Assembly: GCA_963747235.1 (NCBI GenBank)
Contig: CAVVEU010000024.1
Location: 256,001-320,000, forward strand
From: an uncultured Candidatus Rokubacteria bacterium
Lineage (GTDB): Bacteria; Methylomirabilota; Methylomirabilia; Rokubacteriales; CSP1-6
DNA length: 64,000 bases
Direction of reading: 5' to 3'
A program made the translations under genes and the position numbers. Each line of letters opens with the position of its first letter. The first letter of the stretch is position 1. The notes below the pieces were generated by a model. It worked only from the letters and a program-made list of their open reading frames with translations. It made no database searches and was not told where the DNA came from. Positions 49,372 to 59,200 of this stretch are shown here, piece after piece.

Positions 49372-49977
49372 ATGGCTCAGCTCAGAATTCCCCTCGATGA
49401 GAAGCGCTTCAGCTCCGGCCAGACCTGGAAGGACTACATGGCCCAGATGGGCGACACCCGGGCCAAGACCGAGGCGAACTACGCCAACTCCAAGCTGACC
49501 GACGAGGAGCGCAAGTTCTTCGCCGGCGTCAGCGGGGTCAAGTACGTCGTGATGCTCGCCGAGAACTGGTGCGGCGACGTGCATCGCAACTCCCCCCTGA
49601 TCGCGCACATCGTCGAGGCGATGCCGGGCGCCGAGCTGCGCGTGTTCCTGCGCGATCAGAACGCGGACCTGCGCGACACCTTCCTCAACAACGGCTACCA
49701 GTCCATTCCGGTGGTGGTCTTCTTCGACAAGGACTGGAACGAGATCGGCCGCTGGCTCGAGCGCGCGCACGGCGCGACGACCGTGACCGCCGGGATCCGC
49801 GGCCGGACGCTCGGGGCGGTGCCCCAGGGCGCGTCCAAGGAGCAGCAGGACGCGGCGATGGGCGAGTTCCGCACGCAGGTCCAGGCCGAGTACGACAAGC
49901 CGGGTGGGGCGCTCTGGCGCGCCGCGGCCGCCGAGGTCAAGCTCCTGCTGGAGACGAAGCTGGGCGCCAAGAAGTAG
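49372..49977 (+). CDS. Thioredoxin-fold protein (monothiol WCGD type)
   Basis: AENWCGD, SIPVVVFFD, GRWLER. Confidence 0.85.
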   Translation: MAQLRIPLDEKRFSSGQTWKDYMAQMGDTRAKTEANYANSKLTDEERKFFAGVSGVKYVVMLAENWCGDVHRNSPLIAHIVEAMPGAELRVFLRDQNADLRDTFLNNGYQSIPVVVFFDKDWNEIGRWLERAHGATTVTAGIRGRTLGAVPQGASKEQQDAAMGEFRTQVQAEYDKPGGALWRAAAAEVKLLLETKLGAKK

Positions 49978-50010
49978 TCGGAGACATTCTCGTGCGCCCA
50001 CGGAGGCCTC

Positions 50011-51122
50011 GTTGACGGTCAAGCTCGGCATGTTCACCATGCCGTTCCATCACCCGGACCGGGACTACGCCACCATCCTCGAGGAGGATCAGGAGGCCAT
50101 CGTCCTGGCCGACCGGCTCGGCTTCACCGAGGCCTTCGTGGGCGAGCATTTCTCATCGTGGAGCGAGCGCATCACCTCGCCCCTCATCTTCTTCGCGACG
50201 CTGATTCCCCGCACCACCCAGATCCGCTTCGGCACCGGGGTCATCAACCTGCCGCAGCTCCACCCGGCCACGGTGGCCGCCCACGCGGCCATGTTCGACC
50301 AGCTCTGCAAGGGCCGCTTCATCATGGGCATCGGCCCCGGCGGCCTCGTGAGCGATCTGGAGATGTTCGACGTGGGCCAGGCCGAGCTGCGCCCGCAGAT
50401 GGTCATCGAGTCCATCGAGACCGTGCTCAAGCTGTGGGCCCAGGACCCGCCCTACGAGATCGACGGGAAGCTTCTGGAAGATCTCGCTGAAGAACGGCAT
50501 CTGGCCCGAGTTCAAGGTCGGCACCGTGCCGCGGCCCTACCAGCAGCCGCACCCGCCCATCGCGCTCTCGCTGCTCACCCCCAACTCCAACAGCGCGATC
50601 ACCGCGGGCGAGCGCGGCTGGATCCCGATCTCCGGCCAGTTCTTCCACCGCCGCTACCTGCGCGGGCACTGGGAGAAGTACGTCGAGGGCTGCGAGCGGG
50701 CGGGACGGCGGCCGGATCCGAGCATCTGGCGCGTGTCGCGCAGCGTGCTCGTCACCGAGAGCGACGCCCAGGCCGAGGAGTACCTGGCGGATCCCGACAA
50801 CGGGCTCTCCTTCTACTACCACTTCTTCCACCACAGCTTCTCGAAGGGCCGCAAGGCGCTCTTCATGCTGAAGCCCGACCTCCTCATCCCCGACGAGGAC
50901 GTGACCGAGGACATGATCAAGCGCGCCCTCGTCATCGCGGGCAGCCCGCGGCGCGTGCTCGAGCAGCTCGTGGCCCTGCGCGAGGAGACCGGCCCCTTCG
51001 GCACGCTCCTGATGGGCGGGCACGACTGGGACCAGCCCGCGCTGTGGCGCCGCTCGATGGAGCTCCTGGCCACCCAGGTGATGCCGCAGTTCTCGAAGCA
51101 CGCCGCCGCCGCCCGCCCGTGA
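50011..51122 (+). CDS. Luciferase-like (LLM) flavin-dependent oxidoreductase (frameshift near 50469)
   Basis: KLGMFTMP, GFTEAFVGEH, IRFGTGV, PYQQPHPP, MELLATQVMP. Confidence 0.88.
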
Positions 51123-52122
51123 AGGTCGCGACCTGGCGCGGCGGGAGCCCGCTTCACCCTCGACGAGGCGCCCGATCCCGTCGCGGGGCCCGGGCAGGTG
51201 GTGGTGGACGTGGCCGCCGCGGGCATCTGCGGCACCGACGTGCACGCGACCCAGGGCCTCTTCCCGTGGACGCCGCCCATGATCATGGGCCACGAGTACT
51301 CGGGCGTGGTGCGCGAGGTCGGCCGCGGCGTGAACCGTCGACTCATCGGTAAGCGCGGTTGCCTGCGAGCCGAGCTTCGGGTGCGGCACGTGCCTGCACT
51401 GCAGGAACGGCCGCATCAGCCAGTGCGCCAAGGCCACGCGCGTCGGCGGCTTCGCCGAGCGCGCCGCGCTGCCGGTCGGCTGCGTGCACCCGCTGCCGAA
51501 GGGGCTCGATCCGGTCACCGCCGCGCTCGTCGAGCCCGCCTCCTGCTGCCTCTCCGGGCTCGAGATGTTCCGGATGCCGCGCAACGCGACGGTGGTGGTG
51601 ATGGGCGGCGGCATCATGGGGCTGCTCACCATGGCGATCGCCCGGCGCCGCGGCGCCGCGCGCCTCATCCTGTCCGATCCGCTCGAGGAGCGGCGGCAGA
51701 TCGCGAGCAAGCTCGGCGCGCGCGTGGTGGTGGATCCGACCCGCGAGAGCCTGCACGATCGCGTGATGGCGCTGACCGGGGGCCGCGGCGCGGAGGTCGT
51801 CTGCGAGGCGGTGGGCAAGCCCGAGCTGGTCGGCGAGGCCTTCGCCATGGTGAAGCCGACCGGCGTGCTGCAGCTCGTCGGGGTCAACCCCAAGGGCAGC
51901 CGCATGCCGATGGATCTCTTCGACATCCACTTCCGCGAGATCCGCATCCACGGCGCCTACGGCCGCGGCACCGCCTTCCGGCGCGCGCTCGCGCTGCTCC
52001 CGAAGCTCGGCGTGAAGCGCCTGATCGGCGCCCGGTTCCCGCTCGCGCGCATCGAGGAAGCCTTCGCGCACGCCACCGCCGGGCGCGGCGCGAAGACCGT
52101 CATCACTCCCGCCGCGACCTAG
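51119..52122 (+). CDS. Zn-dependent alcohol dehydrogenase (frameshifts near 51145 and 51355)
   Basis: GICGTDVH, GHEYSG, CGTCLHC, GGGIMG. Confidence 0.88.
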
Positions 52123-52132
52123 TCCGGGAGGG

Positions 52133-52744
52133 CTAGGGAACCAGCGCTCGCGTCTTCGTCACGACCTTCTTCTCCCTGTCCGAGAAGAGCAGCACCATCT
52201 TCAGATGGTGCTGGGTGAAGGGCATGTCCCCGAACGTGACCAGGCAAACGACGGCCTGGGGCGGCGCGGCGATCGGGCTCAGCGAGAGGGTGTAGCGGTA
52301 ACAGACGGTGAGGCCGTCGTGCCACTTGGGCTGCCGCTGGGCCCCGGCGGGCGGCATGAAACCGACCCACTTGTCCTCGGGATTGGTGGGGAAATTGTCC
52401 GTCAGCTCGGTCGTGACGTCATCGATCTGGTCCATCTGGAACGCCCCGCTCGATTTGCGGAATGAGAAGCTATCCACGCTCTGACCGTCCTTGATCTTGA
52501 GCCCGATCTTGTAGCGGCGCGTCTCGACCTCCGCCAGGTACAGCGAACGCGCATTGGTGATGGCGGCCGCGCCTTTCTTGCCCCCGCGGAGCTTCAGGGT
52601 GAAGCACCATGAGCCGTCCAGCGTGAGGCCGTTGGTGGCGGCGTCCCGGGTGGCCTTCTTGGTCTCGGAAGTCGCCTCGAGGAACTGGACGGGCGCCCGG
52701 GGCGGCGCGGTCGCACTCGTTTTTCCACCGAACTCCATTCCCAT
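52133..52744 (-). CDS. Orphan hypothetical protein, 203 aa, downstream of the cyclase
   Basis: GGAGGT RBS; 37 nt from the cyclase stop; no recognised motif. Confidence 0.7.
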   Translation of the reverse strand: MGMEFGGKTSATAPPRAPVQFLEATSETKKATRDAATNGLTLDGSWCFTLKLRGGKKGAAAITNARSLYLAEVETRRYKIGLKIKDGQSVDSFSFRKSSGAFQMDQIDDVTTELTDNFPTNPEDKWVGFMPPAGAQRQPKWHDGLTVCYRYTLSLSPIAAPPQAVVCLVTFGDMPFTQHHLKMVLLFSDREKKVVTKTRALVP

Positions 52745-52781
52745 CGCTGCACCTCCATCATCGCTGGGTTCGCTGCGCGGT

Positions 52782-55700
52782 CTAGCGGCACTCGCGGGCG
52801 AGGCGGCCGGACCAGAACGTCATGCCGAGCTCCTCGAACATGGCGCCGGCTCTCGAGAGTTCGCGCTCGGCGTCGGGGCCGCGGTCGAGTTTGTAGTAGA
52901 CGCGGCCCAACCCCAGGTGGCACAGGGCCTCGAGCGGGAGCATCCGGAGCGGGCGGGCGATCGCGAGGGCCTGGGCGTAGCAGGATTCGGCCTCCGCGTG
53001 CTCGGGAGGATCCTGTTGGGCGAGGACCTCGCCCAGGAGCCGGAGGGCCCAGGCTTCGAACCCGCGCGCCTTCAGGGTGCGCCGCTGCTCCAGATAGCGC
53101 CGGGCCAGGGGGAGCGCGGCGGTGGCGCGTCCGGAGGCCATGTACGCCTCGCTCAAAGCGCCGGCGCCGGTCCGGCGCTCCACCGGATCTCCGATCGAGG
53201 CCGCTTGCCGCCCCGCCCGCTCGAGCATTTCGAGGGCGTCCTTGGCGCGGTCCGCGAGCACGTAGGCGGAGGTGAGCGAGGGGGCGATCAGCGACGCGAA
53301 CATCGGGATCTCCGCGTCGTGGCACAGCGCGAACGCTCTCTCCAGCGTCGGGATCGCGACGCCGAGGTCGCCCTCTCGCAGGGCCAGCCCGCCGCGCCCG
53401 AGGCAGGCGTAGACGAGACTGACCGAGTGGGCGGCCGCTTCCGCGATCGCGAGCCCCTCGCGGGCCACCGCCGCGCCCTCCACGAAGTTACCGAGCTCGG
53501 CCAGTGACCAGGCCAGGCACGTGCGCGAGTAGACCGAGGGGAGCGGCGCCGAGCCGAAATGCTCGCGCTGCAGAGGGCCCTGCAACAGGCCGACGTTGCG
53601 CCGCGACACCGCGATCGCCTGCGGGTAGTCCCCAACCACGTAGTAGGTGAGCCCGAGCGCCGCGTTGGCCAGGATCTCGGTCTGGCGGTCGCCGGTCTGC
53701 TCCGCGATCGCGAGCGCTTCCCGGCCGCTCTCGATCGACCGGTCCACGTCACCGATCAGGTGGTAGTAGTTGGTCAGGAACGCCGATACGAGGCCGAGCC
53801 GCCGCCGGTCACCCGCCTCCCGGGCGAGACTGCCGGCCTCGGACAGGTGCTCGAACACCCGCGGGTACTCGCCGAGCGGCATCAGGGCGTAGCGGAGGTC
53901 GAGCCGCAGATCGATAGCCAGCTCGGTGGTGACGGCGGTGCGGGGTAGGTGCCCGAGCGCCACGAGGGCCTGATCGAAGTAGGGCACCGCCGCGCGGGTG
54001 GCCGAGCGGGCGAACGCCCGCACCCCCGCCTCGCGACAGTAGCGGACCGCCTTGTCCCACCGCTCGCCCCGGAAGGCGTGGTGGGCGAGCCGCTCGATCT
54101 GCTCGGTGGTGGGCTCGGGATAGAGCCGTTCGGACGCCTCGACCACGCGTCCGTCGATGGCCCGGCGGCGGTCGGCGAGCAGCGTCCCGTACGCGACCTC
54201 GTGGGTGAGGACGTGCTTGAACGTGAATTCCGGGGACATCAACAGCCCCGCGTCGTAGAGCAATTCGGCATCCTGAAGATGACGCAGGGCGGCCACGAGA
54301 TCCTCAACGCTGGACCCCATGCTCGCCTCCAGGAGCCCGAGAGGCACGTCCTTCCCGATCACGGCGGCAGCCTGGAGCAATTGCCTCTCGGCCACCGGTA
54401 AGCGGTCGATCCGGGCCGCGAGCACGCTCTGGACGGTCGGCGGCACCTCGATCTTCGAGGTCGCGCCCGCCCGCTGGTAGGCTCCGCGCTCTCCCAGGAG
54501 CGTGCCCTTCTCGACCAGGTCGCGCACGCACTCCTCGAGAAAGAACGGATTACCTTCTGTCCGCTCGATGAGAAGCCGCTTGATATCGGCCAGGTCCGGG
54601 GAGGCTCCCAGCAGATTGTCGAGCAGGTGTTCCGCCTCCCCGCGGCGCAAGGGCTCGATGGGGAACTGCGTGTAGTAGCTCCGGTTACCCCAGCCGTGCT
54701 GGTACTCGGGCCGGTAGGTCGCGAGCAGGAGGACCCGGGCGGCGGGAAGACGGTCCACGAGACGGTCCAGGAGACTCTGCGCCTCCGCGTCCGCCCAATG
54801 CAGGTCGTCGACCACCACGCACACCGGCTCGGTCCTGGAATGTCGCAGCAACACCCCGGAGATCGCGTCGAGCGTGCGCTGTCGGCGCTGGGAGGGCTCG
54901 AGGGCTTGCCAGGCGGGCTCGTCCACCGGGATCGAGAGCAAGGCGACGATCGCGTCGCGCACCGCCGGCACCAGGGCGCCCAGCGCCTCGAGGCCCCGCG
55001 CGACCTTGTCCTGGATCCGCTCCGCGTCGTCGTCGTCGTTGAGCCGGAAGTAGCCGCGAACGAGATCCACCGCGGCGGGACTCCCCACCGGCCGGCCGTA
55101 GAAGACGGTTCCGGACTCGACGACGCGCCAGCCCGCCCCTAGATGGTTCGTGATGAATTCCGAGACGAGTCGTGATTTTCCGACGCCGGGCTCGCCGACC
55201 ACCGCCACCACCTGGCCGTGCCCGGCGTGGGCGCTCGCGGCCGCTCGCGCGAGATCTCCGAGCTCCCCGGCCCGCCCGACGAAGGCGGTGCGCGCCCGGG
55301 CCCGCGCGGCCTGCAGGCGGGTCCGGGCCGGCCCCACTCCGACCAGCTCGAAGACGTCGATCGGCTGCGCGAGTCCCTTGACCGGTACCGGTCCGAGCGA
55401 CCGGGTTTCGACGAAGCCCTCGACGAGACGGCGCGTCGGGGCGGCGAGATAGGTCGTGCCGGGCCGGGCGAGCTGCTCCATGCGGCTCGCGAGATGCGTC
55501 GTCTGCCCGACCGCGGTGTAGTCCATCTGGAGATCCGAGCCGATGGAACGCACCACGACTTCGCCCGAGTTGAGGCCGATCCGGATCCTCACATCCATCG
55601 CCGCGCTCGGCGGGAGCGTCTCGCGGTGCCGGGTCACCGCTTCGTGCATCTCCAGCGCCGCATAGCACGCTCTCACCGCGTGATCCTCGTGGGCGAGTGG

Positions 55701-56138
55701 CGCGCCGAACAGCGCCATGATCCCGTCGCCGAGCACCTGGTTGACCGTGCCCTCGTAGCGGTGGACCGCGTCCATCATGTGGGTCAGGATCGGATCGAGC
55801 AGCGCCCGCATCTCCTCGGGGTCGCGATTCCCGAGCAGCTCGAGGGAGCCCCGAATATCCGCGAAGAGCACCGTGATGTGCTTGCGCTCGCCCTCGATCG
55901 CCTCGCGCGAGCGGAGGATCCGGCGCGCGAGGTGCTGGGGGGTGTACCGGTCGGGTGTCGGGAAGGCCGAGGTCGGCGGGTCGGGCGCGGTGAGGGGGCG
56001 CCCGCACGCCCCGCAGAACCTCCGGTCCAACGGGACGGCGGCGCCGCACGCCGGGCACTTCGGGGCAAGACGGGTTCCACACTCCTCGCAGAAGTGCACG
56101 CCGTCCCGATTCTCGAGCCCGCAGTCGTCACAACGCAT
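52782..56138 (-). CDS. Double zinc ribbon - class III nucleotide cyclase - AAA/STAND ATPase - TPR protein
   Basis: Four CxxC pairs, VLFADIRGS, GDGIMALFGAP, GEPGVGKS, VVDDLHWAD, GNPFFLEE, FKHVLTHEVAY, helical repeats. Confidence 0.93.
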   Translation of the reverse strand: MRCDDCGLENRDGVHFCEECGTRLAPKCPACGAAVPLDRRFCGACGRPLTAPDPPTSAFPTPDRYTPQHLARRILRSREAIEGERKHITVLFADIRGSLELLGNRDPEEMRALLDPILTHMMDAVHRYEGTVNQVLGDGIMALFGAPLAHEDHAVRACYAALEMHEAVTRHRETLPPSAAMDVRIRIGLNSGEVVVRSIGSDLQMDYTAVGQTTHLASRMEQLARPGTTYLAAPTRRLVEGFVETRSLGPVPVKGLAQPIDVFELVGVGPARTRLQAARARARTAFVGRAGELGDLARAAASAHAGHGQVVAVVGEPGVGKSRLVSEFITNHLGAGWRVVESGTVFYGRPVGSPAAVDLVRGYFRLNDDDDAERIQDKVARGLEALGALVPAVRDAIVALLSIPVDEPAWQALEPSQRRQRTLDAISGVLLRHSRTEPVCVVVDDLHWADAEAQSLLDRLVDRLPAARVLLLATYRPEYQHGWGNRSYYTQFPIEPLRRGEAEHLLDNLLGASPDLADIKRLLIERTEGNPFFLEECVRDLVEKGTLLGERGAYQRAGATSKIEVPPTVQSVLAARIDRLPVAERQLLQAAAVIGKDVPLGLLEASMGSSVEDLVAALRHLQDAELLYDAGLLMSPEFTFKHVLTHEVAYGTLLADRRRAIDGRVVEASERLYPEPTTEQIERLAHHAFRGERWDKAVRYCREAGVRAFARSATRAAVPYFDQALVALGHLPRTAVTTELAIDLRLDLRYALMPLGEYPRVFEHLSEAGSLAREAGDRRRLGLVSAFLTNYYHLIGDVDRSIESGREALAIAEQTGDRQTEILANAALGLTYYVVGDYPQAIAVSRRNVGLLQGPLQREHFGSAPLPSVYSRTCLAWSLAELGNFVEGAAVAREGLAIAEAAAHSVSLVYACLGRGGLALREGDLGVAIPTLERAFALCHDAEIPMFASLIAPSLTSAYVLADRAKDALEMLERAGRQAASIGDPVERRTGAGALSEAYMASGRATAALPLARRYLEQRRTLKARGFEAWALRLLGEVLAQQDPPEHAEAESCYAQALAIARPLRMLPLEALCHLGLGRVYYKLDRGPDAERELSRAGAMFEELGMTFWSGRLARECR

Positions 56139-56159
56139 GACGCGGTGTCCCGCCCGGGA

Positions 56160-56234
56160 ACAGTAGTCCCCGGGCGGGGATCAGTCAAGCGGCCGGGCGG
56201 CCTGCTTGACTCGACTGGAGACCCCCCCTACACT
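56160..56234. promoter_or_regulatory. Back-to-back sigma70 promoters for the cyclase and the protease
   Basis: Minus TTGACT-17-TACTGT (56188-56160); plus TTGACT-17-TACACT (56206-56234). Confidence 0.65.
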
Positions 56235-56280
56235 CCGGGCTGCCCCGCCCCCGTCCTCGAGGCTCGAGGAGGAAATCTCG

Positions 56281-59200
56281 ATGGAGAATCTGGCCCGCGT
56301 TCAATGGGAGCTTCTCGAACGGCTCACTCGTACCGATCCCGCGCTGGAGGTTGCCTGGGACGATGAGCGAGGAGTGGCCTCGTCGATTCGAGGTACGCTC
56401 GCGCGACCGGTAGAGCGCCGGACGCCCGCCCGCGCGGTGCGGGAGTTCCTTCGAGCCTACGGTAGCCTGTTCGGCCCGCCGCGCCTGGTCTGGCAGCTCC
56501 AGCCGCTCCGGCCGCCGGAGCGGGATGACCTCGGCTGGACACGGCTCGAGTACCAGCAGTACTTCGCGCCCGGCCGCGGGCGGGCTCTCGAGGTGTACGG
56601 GGCTCACCTGGTGGCCCACGTGACCGACGACGGCGCGCTTCGCGAGATCCAGTCGGGCTGCTGGCGCGACGTGAAGGTGCCCGCCCGGCCCCGCATCGCG
56701 CGGGCGGCCCTGCGCCGGATCCTCGCGGCGCCGAATGCCCCGGGCTATCGGGAGCTGGAGGCGCGCATGAGGCGCCGGGGCGAGCGGAGCTTTCCCATCA
56801 TGCAGACGCCTCGGCTCGTCATCTACTTCTGGCAGGACCGGTTCCGATTGGCGTGGACGACGTACGCGTATGCGCCGACCACCACGACCCACGACCAAGC
56901 TCGCGGCTCCCAGGGTCTCGTGCTCGGCCAGGTGTTCGTCGACGCGGTGAGCGGTGAGCGATTCCTCTTCGCGCCGACGGGCATGCACGCCGAGCATGCG
57001 GCGACCGGCTCCGGACTGGGTGTCACGTCGGCCGCCGGGGGAGGCTTCGTCGTCCGCAACCTCAACGTGGTCCGGGTCGATGCCACGAGTACGCATCGGC
57101 TACGGGACACGACCCATTCCCGCGACATCATCACCTACGACCTGGCCGCCAATCCGGACTGGGCTAGCATCTCCGCCATGGCAGTGGCGGTGACCGGTGG
57201 GACCCCGGCCCTGACGGTGTCCGAGAACACCACCGGCAGCAGCTGGAATCGAGTCGCGGCGACGGGGTCGCCTGCGGTCTCTCGCGTGAATTCTCAGCAA
57301 CCCGAGGTCGACGCGCACTTCTTGGTCTGCGACGTCTACGAGTGGTACGACACACTGTCCGGTGGCCGGAAGGGCTGGGACAACGGGAAATACCCCAAGA
57401 CCAAGGTTCCGGCAAAGCTTCCGGTGCGCGTGGCCACCCACGTCGACCCGCAGCTCAAGGTCAACGCCGGGTTCGACAAGGGGCTGATCGGCGGAAAGTG
57501 GATTCCTTTCCTCATGTTCTGGGACGGCGATCCGGAATTGCACTGCGGGTCGCCCGACAACCGCGCGGTCGACTACCTGGCCGGTCTGGGGAACGTGGTG
57601 GCGCACGAGTATCAGCACGGGATCACCGCCTTCTCCTTCATCGATGGCGGCAAGAACCCCGGCCTTGGCTACGTCGGCTGGGCCGCCGCGGTGCACGAGG
57701 GCCTCTCTGACGTCTTCGGCTGCCTCGTATCGGACGTGTGGACCTGGGGCTCGGAGATCTCTCCGGCCGGCCTTGTCTTCCGCAACGCGGCTTTTCCGCG
57801 AGACGCGACATCCTGGGAGAACCGGCCGGGGCCGATGCCGTGCGGGCGGGGCCACCACAACAAGGACCACTTCGACGATCGCGTGCCGCTCCCCGACACC
57901 GAGTTCGGAGAGCAGTACGACAACGGGACGATCCTGGCCCACACGGCATTTCTGATGGCGGCCGGCGGCGTGCATCAGCGGGCGTCGCGATCTCCGGCCG
58001 TGATCCCGGTGCAGGCCCTCGCCAAGGAGACCCTCGGGGGGCGCGAGTTCTCCCGGGCGGCCCGCATCTGGTACCGCGCCCTCACCACGTACCTTGCCGC
58101 CGACGTCAACGCGATAACGAATCGCGCGACCCTGGACGAGAAGATGTTTCAGCAGATACGCAACGGGTGCGTGAAGGCGGCGACCGACCTCTACGGGGCG
58201 GCCTCCGTGGAGCGAAAGACGACCGAGCTCGCGTTCTATGCGGTCGGACTGCAACCGACGGCGAGTGACTACGGGGCCGACGTGACGTGCATGCCCCCGG
58301 CGCAGGAGTGGAGTCAGTCCAGGCCCTACCTCGGCGGGATCTACGGAACCTGTCCCGATTGGGTGTCGGTGGATCTCTTCGTCAACAACGATGGCGCCAC
58401 GTCGGAGTGGAACGCCCTGGTCAACGTCATCGACGGCGGGGGTAACCCGACCCACTTCGAGAACACGGTCTACTGCCGCGTGCGCAACCTCGGCGATCTT
58501 CCCGCCCAGAGCATTCTGGTGAGCTTCTTCTATGCCCCTCTGAGCACGGCGCCGATGACCTGGTTGCCGGTGACCGATAAGAACGGGATCGCCCAGACGC
58601 TCTCCCTCTCCGGCCTGGCGGCGGGAGCCTCGAGCTTCCCGGACGCGAGCCAGTCAACGCCGCCCGCGACCGCTGGCGTCAAGTGGGACATCCCGCCGCT
58701 GGCGCCGGGTGCGACCGTCGCCAACTTCTGCCTGCAGGCCCGGCTGACCGGGGCGGACGTGAACTCCTTCAACAACGAGGTGCAGTCTCGCATCGCGTAT
58801 GTGCGCTACACGCCCGGTACTCCGATCCGCCTCGGATTCGCGGTCACCAATCCATTTGCGAAGGCGATCCGCTCGACCCTCTCCTTCTCGGCGGACCTCC
58901 CCGCCGGCTGGCAGGTGAGCCTCGGCGCCGCTGCCTCCGAGTTCGGCCTGGAGCCCCGGGAGGAGATCGAGAGAGAGATCGTGATCAAGATGCCGGCGGG
59001 CGCAGATCGTCAGCTCACCGCCCCATTCGACGGCGTCGTCCAGGGTGAGCTTCACGGGCCCCTTTCCGGCTCATGTCGCGGCGCGCTCACCGATACGAAG
59101 CTCGACGGCTCGACGCTGACCGGACGGGTGGCCCTGGAGCTCGCGTCGATCGGACCCGTCCAGGGCACGTTCACCGGGGGCGTGGACCTGGTCACTGGGG

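Noticed and set aside
56183-56211. Inverted repeat as an HspR HAIR operator
   Set aside because: HAIR is CTTGAGT-N7-ACTCAAG; here the arms are in the opposite order with different spacing and are explained by -35 boxes.
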